From contig NC_086375.1 of assembly GCF_036588685.1 (NCBI RefSeq), positions 7,998,001 to 8,062,000 of the forward strand: 64,000 bases of DNA. The letters are read 5' to 3'. The DNA comes from Mytilus trossulus. Taxonomy: Eukaryota. The notes under the pieces are model-generated. The model had not been told where the DNA came from, searched no databases, and saw only the letters and a program-made list of their open reading frames with translations. The first letter of the stretch is position 1; every line of letters begins with the position of its first letter. Below, piece by piece: positions 12,141-24,698 of this stretch. A program made the translations under genes and the position numbers.

Positions 12141-13029
12141 TGTAACCAGGGTATGTTCCCACTAAGGGTTATTCATGTTATTCTTGATATGACCATATAT
12201 CTCCCCTTTTTCCTCGACAGTTGTGTATTCCTATTTGTTTTTGCGCCATTTTCTATATTGTTGCCATGGGAACTTCCGGTTTTAAGTACAAATCGGAATG
12301 GACCGAGATAACCTAGTTTCCAGAACCCGTAATTATGTATAAGTAGAATTACAACCAATCGCTACGTTAATTTTACGGACACACTTATCGTTATAGTAAC
12401 GGACACACTTTTTGTGTCCGCAAACTTCCGGACTATATAAACGGTTTGAACAGTGGTATACTACTGTTGGCCTTATGTAGCAGACGGTTCTGGACAGCTC
12501 ACATTACCCTGACCATTTTGATAGATATACCATTATTACATGACTCTATACCACTTGTGTGAACTATTGCCAGGTTAATGATAACCCCGATTTTTATGAT
12601 ATTTACGACCTGACAAGTGACCTATATTATTCACTATAATACTATTTATAGTAAAACCACTTTCCCATGTTTACGCACGACGATTAACATCCAAGGGAGC
12701 ACTGAACCGTTTTTGCTTTTGGATATTTATTTATAACATGTATATATATTGATTTATGACTGATTAAGTAGTCATTGCTAAACTTAAAACTGTTTTTGTT
12801 ATATTTTATCTTGAAATGATTAAGAAACCAGTGTCTTAGATTACTCAGTCTAGCTACCAAGGTTTGCAAATTACCATTGCATGTTTCACGCTTACCAGTG
12901 ACTGTGAAGGACTTTAAATTAAAAGGCCTGATACCAAGGTTGATTTGTATCTAGTGTTAAACAAGTAAATACACACACACATAAATATGAGCTTCGTAAT
13001 GCTATACCAGAGACGTTACACATGTTACA
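12141..13029 (+). mobile_element. 5' LTR of a Gypsy/Ty3 element
   Basis: TGTAAC...GTTACA inverted ends and an internal TATATAAA, immediately followed by a PBS. Confidence 0.7.
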
Positions 13030-13031
13030 TT

Positions 13032-13054
13032 TGGTGACCGGCGGTGGGATTCGA
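13032..13054 (+). promoter_or_regulatory. Primer binding site (tRNA-Leu-like)
   Basis: TGGTGACCGGCGGTGGGATTCGA resembles the reverse complement of a tRNA-Leu 3' end and starts 2 nt after the LTR. Confidence 0.65.
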
Positions 13055-13130
13055 TTTATAAACCTAGGTTTTTTTCTTGACATAAAGTGAAACATAAAAT
13101 TATATAATTAAATATTTATACTGACATAAA

Positions 13131-14558
13131 ATGAGTGAAAACAATTTCAGTGGATCTTAAGCTTCAAGTGCCAGAGATTCACCAATTTTAAGTAGTCAAA
13201 GTTCCCAAATGACATCTCTTGAAATATTATCACCATTTACGGTGCATGCACCTGATTTGCATACTATTGAAACCACATTTGATGTTATAACTGATTTTGT
13301 TAGCCATTTACACAAGGGTTAAGTGACCAAGCTAAAGAGAACCAAAATTTCAAAAACCAATTTGATACTTATAGTGTGTATACCAATAGAAAAATTGATG
13401 ACCTGTCATCACAATTTAATACAAGATTAAGTGACATGTGAAAAGATTTTGACACAAAATTAGAAAACCAATCTGTTGAAATTAACACAAAATTACAAAA
13501 TAATTCAGGTTCTGCATTTATATTTCTCAGAATTAGTTTTACCTGATCATATGCAAGTTGTAATGGAAAAATGGAAAATTAACCTCAAAGCGGATCAATG
13601 CAAAATTGTAGTTGACATGTTAACTAAATACTCTGGAGTTTTTGAAATGTCCAAAAATAATCTAGGTAGGACAGATATAATCCAACATAAAATAAATACA
13701 TGGAATGCTCATCCTATAAAACAAAATTCACGACGTGTACCTTTGACTCAAAGAAAGGAAGTTGATGAAGAAATACAACGGATGCTTGACGGGGGTATTA
13801 TATCTCATTCCAAGTCCCCATGGAGCTCTCCTATTGTAGTTGTTCGTAAGAAAGACCAGTCAATTCGCCTTTGCATAGATTTTCGCTTAGTCAACGATAT
13901 GTCTATCAAGGATAATTTTCCGTTACCAAGGATAGAGGACTGCCTTGATGCGCTAAGGGAAAATCAATGGTTTGGTACTCTTGATTTGGCCAGTGGGCAT
14001 GGACCCTCACGACGGTGCTAAAACACCTTTTGTTACTAGTAAGGGCATTTTTTAACTCAATCGCATGCCTTTTGGTTTGTGTAATGCAGGTGCCACTTTT
14101 TCCAGATTTATGCAGTATATCTTATCTGGGTTGCAATTGGAAATTTGTGTTTTATACCTAGATGACATCACTGTGTTTTCGAAGTCATTTGAGGAGCACA
14201 TTACCAGGCTCCAAAAAGTTTTCGATAGCATTCAAAATTGAAAATTGCCCCTAAAAGTGTTTCATTTTTCAAAAGATAGTTTCATTTCTGGGACATGTTG
14301 TGAATTCAGATGGTATTTCACCAGATCCAATTAAAATAGTAGCTGTACGGTCATGGCCTATACCAACCAATGTTAAGGATGTAAGAAGTTTTCTTTGAAC
14401 CTGTTCCTATTATAGAAAATTTATTAAAGATTTTTCAAAAATAGCTAGACCCTAACATTGACTTACAGAAAAGAATGTGAAAAGAATGTGATTTTTAAAT
14501 GGAATGCTGAATGTGAAACAGCATTCAATATTTTGAAAGAGGTCCTTATAACTAGATT
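13131..14558 (+). pseudogene. Gypsy gag remnant and reverse transcriptase (degenerate)
   Basis: SPWSSPIVVVRKKDQSIRLCIDFR, FPLPRIEDCLDAL, TLDLASG, MPFGLCNA and YLDD (14155-14166), with stops and frameshifts. Confidence 0.9.
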
Positions 14559-15634
14559 TTAAGTACAGATCTCTATAAGAACCAGGTAGTGTGCCATATA
14601 CATGTGATACATGGGGTTTTTCAGATTTTATCTATAAATGGCCTAGTAGAAGCAATATATGAAAAATGCTCAAAAAATAATTTTGAGTGGGAAATTATGA
14701 GTGGTTGCCATGGTAACGGACACACAATTTTTTGGTTGTTAAGCGTTGTAAAATCTTTCAAAAATCAACTAAATCTCCAAATTTTAGAGCCTGATTATGA
14801 ATAGAATAATGCATTTTTCATTAATTTTCATATGTAACATTGATAGAACTTGGTTTAAGCTTCATTTTAGTGAAAATTACATGTCAACCAAATTTGTATT
14901 TTTTTTGTAAAATTTTGTGAAAAAATGCATTTTTTCAACTTTTCTGAAAATGGGATTTTTGCTGAATTACCCCATTTTCTCTGGTGTTTTTCAGAAAAGT
15001 GCAAATATGTACAGAATAGTTAGCACTGTAGTTATGAAGTTTGGATACTACTTTACCAAATTTAATAGAAAAATGTGAGGGATTTTTTTTAGTTTTATCA
15101 CCATAGCAACCGAATTTTTCCTTGGAAACGGAGTTTTCAATTGCAGAATATTGCAGTTTAAGAGCTTAAATGTCCTGAATTTTTCATAATTGATAAGAAA
15201 AATACATAAAAGCTAACGCAAACTTTAAACTACAATCGTTAAGTGTTGTTGACTTCAATAGTTACCACGAACAGACATATTATCCATAGCAACATCCACT
15301 AAAAAACTGCATAAATAGAAATTTATGTGAAAAAAATAGATAAATAAAGGGTTCAAATTGGAAAATGACTTCATTCTTTGCTTCACTCACAGTCTTGTCT
15401 GGGATTTTTTCTTCAGATTGTTCAATAAATGTTATATGTCATAAAACATTAGGGTTGAGGGGGGGGGGGGCTTGGAAAAAGGGGGGAGGGGGGTAAGTTG
15501 ATTTTTTCAAATGTTGCATACAAGTAGATACTTGAAAAGATAATTGCGTTTCGTCGTCCGAAAAAACATTGGTTTTCGCACTTTAACTTTATTGTAAGTT
15601 AATAGAAATCTATGAAATTTAAACACACGGTTAT

Positions 15635-18600
15635 TTACCTCATAAAGAAGGTTGGGATTGAGAGTTTTGGTGAATCAGGGTCTGATGAAATTGGAATCAA
15701 TGGACGAGAGTTCATGATGGCTGTTGTTTCCGCCATAAAGGTGCACAGAACCTCATGTGTTAGTTTGTTGTGTCTTGCATCATAAAGAATAGAGTCAATT
15801 ATGCGGCGAGCAATGCCTATGAGTCGTTCCCACGAGCCTCCCATATGTGACGAATATGGGGTGTTGAACTTCCAAATAGTACCTTTTTCGTTAAGAAAGG
15901 TTTTCAAAGTTTTATCTTCCACACAAATTGCAGGAATTCCAAGTTCATTCGCTGCTCCAACGAAATTTGTCCCTCGGTCGGAAAAGAATTCCTTAACTTT
16001 GCCTCTTAATGACATGAATCGTCGTAGCGCATTGATAAACGATGAGGTGCTCATCTCTTCAATAACCTCAATATGTACAGCTCTAGATGACATACATGAA
16101 AATAGTACAGCCCATCGTTTTGAGTTGACGCTTCCTCCACGAGTTCGTCTAGTTACAATGTCCCAAGGACCGAAACAATCCACTCCAACATAAGTAAAAG
16201 GTGGACATGATTTCAGTCGTTCCTCCGGTAAATCAGACATTTTCTGAGTCATAAGATTGCCACGAAATCTACGGCACAGTACACATTCGGATATTACAGT
16301 GTTCACTAGTCGCTTCAGACCAATTATCCAAAATCCTGCACTTCTGATACTGCCTTCCGTTAAATGACGTCCTTGATGTCGTATTTGTTCGTGATAATGT
16401 AAGACAATAAGTTTGGCGAAGTGATGACTACCAGGAATAAGTATCGAATGTTTCTCAGCAAGTGTCAAATCTGAATGCTTGAGTCTACCTCCTACTCTAA
16501 CAACTCCGTGCTCATCAATAAACGGGTCTAGTTTCAACATTGAGCGTTCTTTTGAAATTGGTTTGTGTTCATTTAAATTGTAAATTTCCTTTTCAAAAAT
16601 CTCATTCTGAATTTGACGAATTATAAAAGATTCGGTTTCCTTTTGAAATTTTGGACTATCTTTGTCTTCGGACACTTTTTGACTAGAACTTTTTGATTTC
16701 CAAGTACGTACAAAATGTCTCAAAAACGAAACTGCCCTAATGAGAGCTTTCAAACTTGAAAAATTCGTAAAACGGTGACAACCGATCTCTGGATTTCGAA
16801 TTACTGTTTTCTTAGATAAAACTAAAGGACGAACTTCCTTGTCCTCAGTTGGTGTTACTAACGGATAAGAATTGTCTTCAATCACATCATGTGATAATAA
16901 ACATGTTGGACCTGTTATCCAACGATTAACAAGAATCATATCTGGTGAGCTTGAAAATCTAGTTCCGGCATCAGCTGGATTCTGATCAGTTGATATGTAG
17001 GACCACTGAGACGGATTTGATGTTTTGTGAATTTTTTCAACACGGTTTGTAACGTAAGTGAAAAATCGTCTTTTGGTATTGCTAATATATCCTAGGACAA
17101 CTTGACTGTCTGTGTAGTAATGACAAGTCTCCGGTAACAGATTCATGTTGTCGCATATGACTTCACCTAATTCGGCGCCTAGAACAGCAGCACAAAGTTC
17201 CAATCTAGGAATTGTGTGACCTTTCAGAGGTGCTAGTTTTGTTTTTCCCATCAGAAAACCTAAAGATGCATTTCCAGTTTCATTAACTGATTTCAAATAG
17301 GCTACTGAAGAAATTGCTTGTTCGGAAGCATCACAAAATATATGAGTCTCAAGATGGTTCGCTGTTGACACTGATTCAGGAGTAATCATTCGTGGAATTT
17401 CAAAATTGCCAAGAGATCTCAAAGACTCAAGCCAAAGGTTCCATCTATCAGCATGTTCAGAACTTAACGGTTCATCCCAGTCAGTTCCAGATGGAACTAC
17501 TTCACGGAGAATAATTTTACCACTAATCACAATAGGTGATACGAAACCAAGAGGGTCAAACAAACTGTTTATTGAAGATAGGAGTCCTCTTCGTGTTATA
17601 GGTTTGACATCATTATTTACATGAAACACAAAATTATCGGAATGAAGATCCCATGTTATACCTAGACTTTGTTGCGTAGGTAATATATCTGAACACAAGT
17701 CCAAATGTTTCAAGTCTTTACCTAAGTCATCACTGGGGAAAGCTTTCATGACGTCAATATCATTCGACACAATCTTGTGAAATCTTATATGTCCATTTGT
17801 TTTCAGATCGTTCTGAGTTCTCTTTACAAGATCGATTGCTTGTTCTTTGTTGGTAAATGAAGTGAGACCGTCGTCCACATAAAAATCATTACATACGAAT
17901 GCACGCACGTCTTCATCTGAGGTTGCAACAGCTTGTCGAAGGCCGTAAGAAGCCACAGCAGGTGAAGGTGTGTTACCAAACACGTGAGATGTCATACGAT
18001 ATTCGATGAGAGGTTTAGAAAAGTCATTATCTTGGTACCAAAAGAATCTAAGGTAGTCTCTGTGATGATTTGACACTCTGAACTGGTAGAACATTTGCTC
18101 AATGTCTCCAGTTATAGCAATAGCATTTTTACGAAATCGCATAAGAATTCCAACGAGGTTATTTGTAAGATCTGGTCCTGACATTAAGAGATTATTTAAC
18201 GATACATCTCCGTACACTGCAGACGAGTCAAATACTCCCCTTATTTGGTCTGGTTTTTTATGATGATAAACTCCGAAAAGCGGAAGGTACCAACATTCTC
18301 CTGAAATAACTTTAGGTGCAATTTCTGCTGCACCGCTGTTCAACACTTTCTCCATAAATGTCATGAAATGATCACGTTTCGTTTGATTCTTACGCAAACT
18401 AGTGTCAAGTATATGTGCTCGTTTCCAGGCTTGTGAGCGGTTGTTTGGAATAGGTGGCTTTGGTTGTTTAAACGGTAATGGCGCTGACCAATGGCCAGTG
18501 TCATCCTTTCTAAAATCGGTCTCCATCAAACTTAGAAACTGTCTATCTTCAACAGAAAGTCCTACTTTGTTGTCATTTGTCGTCCTGATGAAAATGTCAT

Positions 18601-21175
18601 CTTTGAGATCACTTATCTCTATATTATTCTCGCAAAGAGGGAACGTGGTGCATCTTCCATCGTTGAGAACATGAGTTTTACGTACACTGATTTTGTTTGG
18701 AGCATGTACTTTGCCCAAGCACACTTCTCCTATTACCACCCATCCTAGTGCTAATCTTTGAGCGAAAGGTTCACCTTTATCTCCAGTAATTTGTTCTTGC
18801 ACATGATGAATCTCAGGTATATCTCGACCAATCAAAAGTTCAACCTTGATGCTCGGATCAAGAGGAGGTAAGTATGACGAAATACGATTAAGGTGCGAGT
18901 AGGCAGATGCAACTTCTGGAGTTGCAATCTCCGGTAATTCACTGGGAATTGAATCGCATTCAATTACGTCTTGTAATTCGAATGTGGATTTTCCATCAAT
19001 TGATTGAACGCATATACTGTCAGCAACTCGACACTTCATGGTCGAATTACCATTACACGAAGACATGTTGAATTGTGCGTGTTGTCCTTGAATTCCAAGG
19101 TCATCAAAGAGTTCTGGAGTAATCAAAGTGCGATTACTTTGATCGTCTATGGCAGCATAGACTTTCTTCGACTTCTCCGGGGCGTTTGGTAAGTATACAT
19201 CTACTAGAACGGTCTTTCCACAGGAACGACCAACCCGGATGTCACCACAAAGAGTGGTACATTTGACAGTTACATTGTCCTCACTATGCTCCCCGCCATC
19301 AGCTGTGAGAGGCTTTTCATTATCGGCTTGTGTGCGATTTTGAGTATATCGGTCTATATGCATTGCTGTGGCATGGCGTTTGTTTCCACATACGGCACAT
19401 TTAACATTCACTGTACAGTTAGAGGCGAAATGTTCATTTGTTTCACAGCATTTAAAACAAATTCTCTTTTCACGTAGAAACTTCTGACGATCTTGTATTG
19501 GATATTTCCTGAATCCCCGACAGTCGTTGAGGGTTTGTCCTGCCTTGTGTAGTGGGCATCTAACTGAACTTTCGGAAGATACGTCTAGTCTCCTGGATAT
19601 CACTGACGGACGTTGTTTAGGATTAGCAGTTGAAATGACACTATTGTACGAAAAGGCAGGATCATTTCGAATTTGACACATGTCTCGAATATAACTTACA
19701 AAAAGACTGAATGGTGGAAAAGCTATGCTATGAGATTTCTTGTAAGAAGACGCATGAGTAGTCCATTTCTCTTGTAGAAAGTGAGGTAACTTGACAAGAA
19801 TCGGATTTATACCAGAGGAGGAATTGTAGTAGCTAAGCAGTGTTGTGTACTTTGGATTTAACATAGAAGATTCAATTTCAGTAAGTATGTCCAATAGATC
19901 ATAAAGTTTTGCACAGTCTTTGTTTGTAATTGTTTGAAAAGCATTTAACTTTCGTTTCAGTGCACTTTCAACCATTTCAGGCCTACCGTATCTTTCTTGT
20001 AGACGATCATATATTCTTTGTAGACCTCTAGGTGGATCATGAGCATTAGCAGCACGGATGATTTTAGCAAATATGGAAGATTCTGTACCCAACCATTTGA
20101 CCAATAAATCCATTTCTTCAAAAGGTGTAACGCCAAGCTCTCGTGTTACACTTTGGAATGATGCTCTCCATCATTCGTATGTCTCCGGTTTATCATCAAA
20201 GTTTGTGAATCTCGACAGCAGAAAGTCTTTTCTGTACATAAAACGAGTTATGTCTGTCATAGCATCATGCAGTAGAGAATTTGTAGAATTCACATTTGGT
20301 TGTACAGGATATTGTGATAAAGATGGTTGAATGTTTGGTTGACTAGATAGTGATGTGAAAACTGTATTTACAACACTCGGAAATTGAGGAACACTTGTCA
20401 AAACTGTATTAACAACACTCGGAATTTGAGGAACACTCACAGCTGCACTAAAGGCATGGGAAGCAGATGAAGCAATCACAGGAATGTCTGGTTGTTGATT
20501 TAACCATGATGCAACTGGTTCTGGAAAATGCACATTATGGACATATTTACTAATGTCATCCTTCTTTTCGCACACTTCAGAAATTATATCCTGTTCTTGA
20601 TCACCTTGTTCAAGTATACGCACCTCAGTTTCAGCTGCTGCGACTTTACTCTCCTGTTTTACAATGTTTATGTCAGCTTCAATGGCTGCTTTTTGTTTCA
20701 TAAGTTCGCCTTCCTTTCTAACAAATTCCAGTCTCACTTTTTCGGCTTCGGCCTTTGCCCGCTTACTACTTGCTTTTGAACTTCCACTTGAACTACTTAC
20801 TTGTGATAATTGTTCAACTAAGTCAGCTTTCTTTTTCTTAATTTCAGAGTTCACTTTTCTGTATGTTGCAACACACGTCACAAAATATTCATTATAGTCA
20901 TTTATCAACTGTTGTGATTCCTTTGTATCAGCTCTAGTTATAAAACTTTTGTATTCTTCGGACCGACGACAAAAGTTTTTATAGTGAATGTCAATATCTG
21001 TATTTAAATGTCTTAATGTTTCTAATGTGTTGCTAGAAGGAACAGTTATCATACGATCTTCAATTTTAGACCAAATCTTCTCACATTTTTCGCGAAGTTC
21101 GTTACTCTGTTCGTCAAACATGGTTTGTCCTTTGGGTGTAAACTTTCGATCACGCTTCTCACGCTTTTCAGACAT
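15635..21175 (-). pseudogene. BEL/Pao gag-pol polyprotein with one in-frame TGA (20171-20173) and a truncated integrase C-terminus
   Basis: The two track ORFs are in the same frame (TYE*WRASF). Motifs: Zn knuckles CFKC...H...C, protease IDDQS, RT FYVDDGL, RNase H HIFCDAS, integrase HHCC plus VDCFG/SDRGTNF/WERL. Confidence 0.92.
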
Positions 21176-21953
21176 AAGTTTACACTATCTTTTTACTATT
21201 CCGCTAAGGTACTCAGCAGATAGATAACCAGACAGTTAACTAAAACACCATTGCTCAAATTAAAGTTTATTCCTAATTCTGGCATGAATGTATAAAGACA
21301 ACTGTGTATGCAGGTAAAAAGCTGCAACAAGAATGAAAATACCATATAATATTTGGAAAGGCTATTATATTGAACCAAACATACAACAATAAAAGTGTAA
21401 TTTTCTTGCTTAAAATTGACATAGTTGAGCAAGTTTAGTAGATACAAAAACAGCATTTAATAACTTCAATATCAAATTAAATAAATGAATGTGCTTTGAA
21501 ATATTCAAACTTGACAAATGCATAAGCATAAACACTAGAAATAAAGCTCAGACGGGGTTCCTTACTCAAAATATCATAGGAAAAATGAATGTAAATACTT
21601 TGCTCTAGAACTTCATAATTAACTTATTTGCATCAAAAATAAATATGCACATACAAAATATAAACCTTAGTAATAAATATTTAACTTACATAGTGGTTTG
21701 CAATAAACGGATGATAAAGCTACGGCTTGATAAAGTTTAACATTGGTCCAATGTCATTGTGGTTCACAATTCAAAACAGGAAACAGGATATCAAGTAAAA
21801 GTAAAAGTGAAAGTGAAAGCGAAAGTGAAAGTAACTTTAAAGTGAAAGTGAAAGTACAATCACATCAAGGTTAAATGAAAGTAAACAATTAAAGTTCTCA
21901 AAAATGAAAGTTATGAATTATTGATAATAAAAATATAATATACAAACAGAACA
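15670..21953 (-). mobile_element. BEL/Pao LTR retrotransposon, 3'-truncated
   Basis: 5' LTR at about 21197-21953 (TGTTC...GAATA), followed by a gag-pol polyprotein. It is broken within the integrase at about 15670, and no 3' LTR is present. Confidence 0.9.
21793..21912. promoter_or_regulatory. (GAAAGT)n IRF/ISRE-like array in the BEL LTR
   Basis: aagtgaaagtgaaagcgaaagtgaaagt...aagtgaaagtgaaagt matches GAAANNGAAA several times. Confidence 0.45.
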
Positions 21954-22868
21954 CAAATGTAAGAAAATTCTTAATTTCTTATGGCAGATGAGATGTTATT
22001 CTACCAGCATACATCACAAAATTGATCCGTAACATAATATTAACAAACCATTAATAGAATCATTTGGTCAAAACATTTCTAAACTGAAATTGAAGTGTGA
22101 TGGACGGGTGGATATAGACGGATAGGCAAATTGAACACATTTTACGTTAGTGGTGATTTTTAAAATAATAATAGGCAATGGGTGATAGCGTATATCGGAA
22201 GTCCAGTATAATGGAATCCTCTTAATATATACATGTAGCTATTAACATATCATCAATAACTGCTTTGTTGAATTACTATCCCGCAATTGAAATTCAGGAT
22301 CTCTGAGATAGACAAATAGAATACATCTGCTAAGTTGGAATTGTGTTAATCATGGTAGAATAATTATGCTATTAACGGCAAAAGTACCAAATCAGAATTA
22401 TCAAGCAATATAATTGTATCAATAAGGAATCATTCCTTACTATGGGTCGTTCTACATATATCTCACCAGTTCTAGATTCCGATACCAGAATATCTTGTTG
22501 TTATGTGTGTTTTAGGGAGGGAGGTTCAGCTGAAGCACACTTCTTATCCTTCTGAAATCCCCCTACTCTCCTTTAAGATAGTAACCCGGTAAATAGAGGT
22601 ATCATTTTTTTAGGATGAATCTGCAAAAAAAATGTTTTGCTACTCTCAACGTTTTTGTTTTAACCTTTACATGAATTACGACCTTATTTTCTGTATCTGT
22701 CTCTGTAACCTTTACAAAAGACTGTATTAATCCCGAGATTTGGAATGAAACCATTAAGCTGAGAATGTCTGCATAAATACAAGATTAATAACAGTAATAA
22801 TTTGAATACAAATTCCATACATTCAATTTACTGCAACACTAGAAACAGCGCAGTACATACCAATTTTA

Positions 22869-23837
22869 TTTTTAGCTCACCTGGCCGAACTGGCCAAGTG
22901 AGCTTTTCTCATCATTTTGTGTCCGGCGTCCGGCGTCGTCCGGCGTTAGCTTTTACAAAAATCTTCTCCTCTGAAACTACTGGGCCAAATCAAACCAAAC
23001 TTGGCCACAATCATCATTGGGGTATTTAGTTCAAAAACTGTGTGGCGTGACCAGGTCAACCAACCAAGATGGCCGCCACGGCTAAAAATAGAACATAGAG
23101 GTAAAATGCAGTTTTTGGCTTATAACTCAAAAACCAAAGCATTTTGAGGAAATCTGACTATAAATAAAAATGTCAATCAGCTCAAGATCTATCTACCCTA
23201 AAATTTTCAGATGAATCAGTCAATCGGTTGTTGGGTTGCTGCCCCTGAGGAAATTTTGCTGTTTTTGGTTATCTTGAATATTATTATAGATAAAGATAAA
23301 CTGTAAAAAGCAATAATGTTCAACAAAGTAAGATCTACAAATAAGTCAACATAACAAAAATTGTCAGTTGACCCGTTTAGGAGTTATTGCCCTTTATAGT
23401 CGATTTTTAACCATTTTTCGTAAATTAAAGTAATCTTTTACAAAAATCTTCTCCTCTGAAACTACTGGGCCAAATTAATCCAAACTTGGCCACAATCATC
23501 TTTGTGGTATATAGTTTAAAAAATGTGTGGCGTGACCTGGTCAACCTACTAAGATGGCCGCCACGGCTAAAAATATAACATAGGGGTAAAATGCAGTTTT
23601 TGGCTTATAACTCAAAAACCAAAGCATTTTGAGGAAATCTGACAATGGATAAAAATGTTGATCAAGTCAAAGTTCATTATAGATATAATTGTAAGAAGCA
23701 AAATCGTTCAGTAAAGTAAGAACTTCAAACACATCACAATCACCAAAATACAATTTTGTCATGAATCCATTTGTGTCCTTTGTTTAATATGCACATAGAC
23801 CAAGGTGAGCGACACAGGCTCTTTAGAGCCTCTAGTT
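22869..23837 (+). mobile_element. Non-autonomous Helentron (DINE/HINE-like)
   Basis: SubTIR GCTCACCTGG...CCAAGGTGAGC, a short ccggcgt microsatellite, an internal ~490-bp repeat (22950/23437), a 3' hairpin AGGCTCTTTAGAGCCT and T-rich flanks. Confidence 0.8.
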
Positions 23838-24214
23838 CTTTGTAATTATCAATGTTTTCTAGTCCCAACAAGTTGTAAACATTCATAAATACAAGACTTC
23901 AGTGTCCCATGTGGAATAAAAAAAGTAAATTTCCAATGTCCCACTCTTTTGGTGCACACATTTGATCGATTCAAGGTACAAGGGCAAACACTAAAATAAA
24001 CACGTTCGTGCCGCAATTTTTTATTATTTTTGGGGGCGCAAGGGGGGGGGGAGGAGTTGTAGTAGGTTTAACCCATGTTCGTCAGTACATTAGTTGTCAC
24101 AAAGTTGGTTTCTTTTTTATAGTTTTGGTTTGCCTCAATCAAATCTTATGAAACATGTATACACAGATATCAAGTTTGAATTTTATTGGTTTCACTGTTA
24201 ACTGTATAATTTGC

Positions 24215-24549
24215 CTTATATGACCTGGTTAACTTAAGAAATTTCTAAAAGTTACCATTTGATCTTAGGAGAACCTTTCTGGAGCCTTCTTTTCGTCAGA
24301 CATACACTAGTATATTTTTCAACTTTCATGTAGATTTTTTTTTATCTTTTCGGAATAATGTCATGTAACCGTCTCATTAACAATTATACCACATCTTCTT
24401 TTTTAAATTAACAGAAAAAATAAAAAAAATCTACATGAAAGTCGAAAAATATAGTACTGTATGTATGACGAAAAGAGGGCTCCAGAAAGGTTCTCCTAAG
24501 ATCAAATGGTAACTTTTAGAAATATCTTAAGTTAACTGGCCCATATAGG
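24215..24549. mobile_element. Fold-back MITE with ~130-bp inverted arms
   Basis: 24215-24345 is the reverse complement of about 24420-24549. Confidence 0.8.
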
Positions 24550-24562
24550 TTACATGCTATTA

Positions 24563-24698
24563 TTCCGACAGCCCATTGGTCCGACAGTCCATTAGTCCAA
24601 CAGCCCATTAGTCCGACAGCCCTTTGGTCGGACAACCCATTAGTCCGAAAACCTATTGGTCCAACAGCCCAATACTCCGACAATCCATAAGTCCAACA
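24563..24698. repeat. 16-bp tandem repeat (tccgacagcccattag), about 8 copies
   Basis: Visible directly; resembles the subterminal repeats of a DNA transposon. Confidence 0.85.

Noticed and set aside
13032-13054. tRNA-like sequence
   Set aside because: Only the 3'-end complement next to an LTR, so it is a PBS and not a tRNA gene.
20171-20173. Programmed stop read-through in the BEL element
   Set aside because: The stop lies inside gag rather than at the gag-pol border, and BEL/Pao elements normally have one ORF, so a nonsense mutation is simpler.
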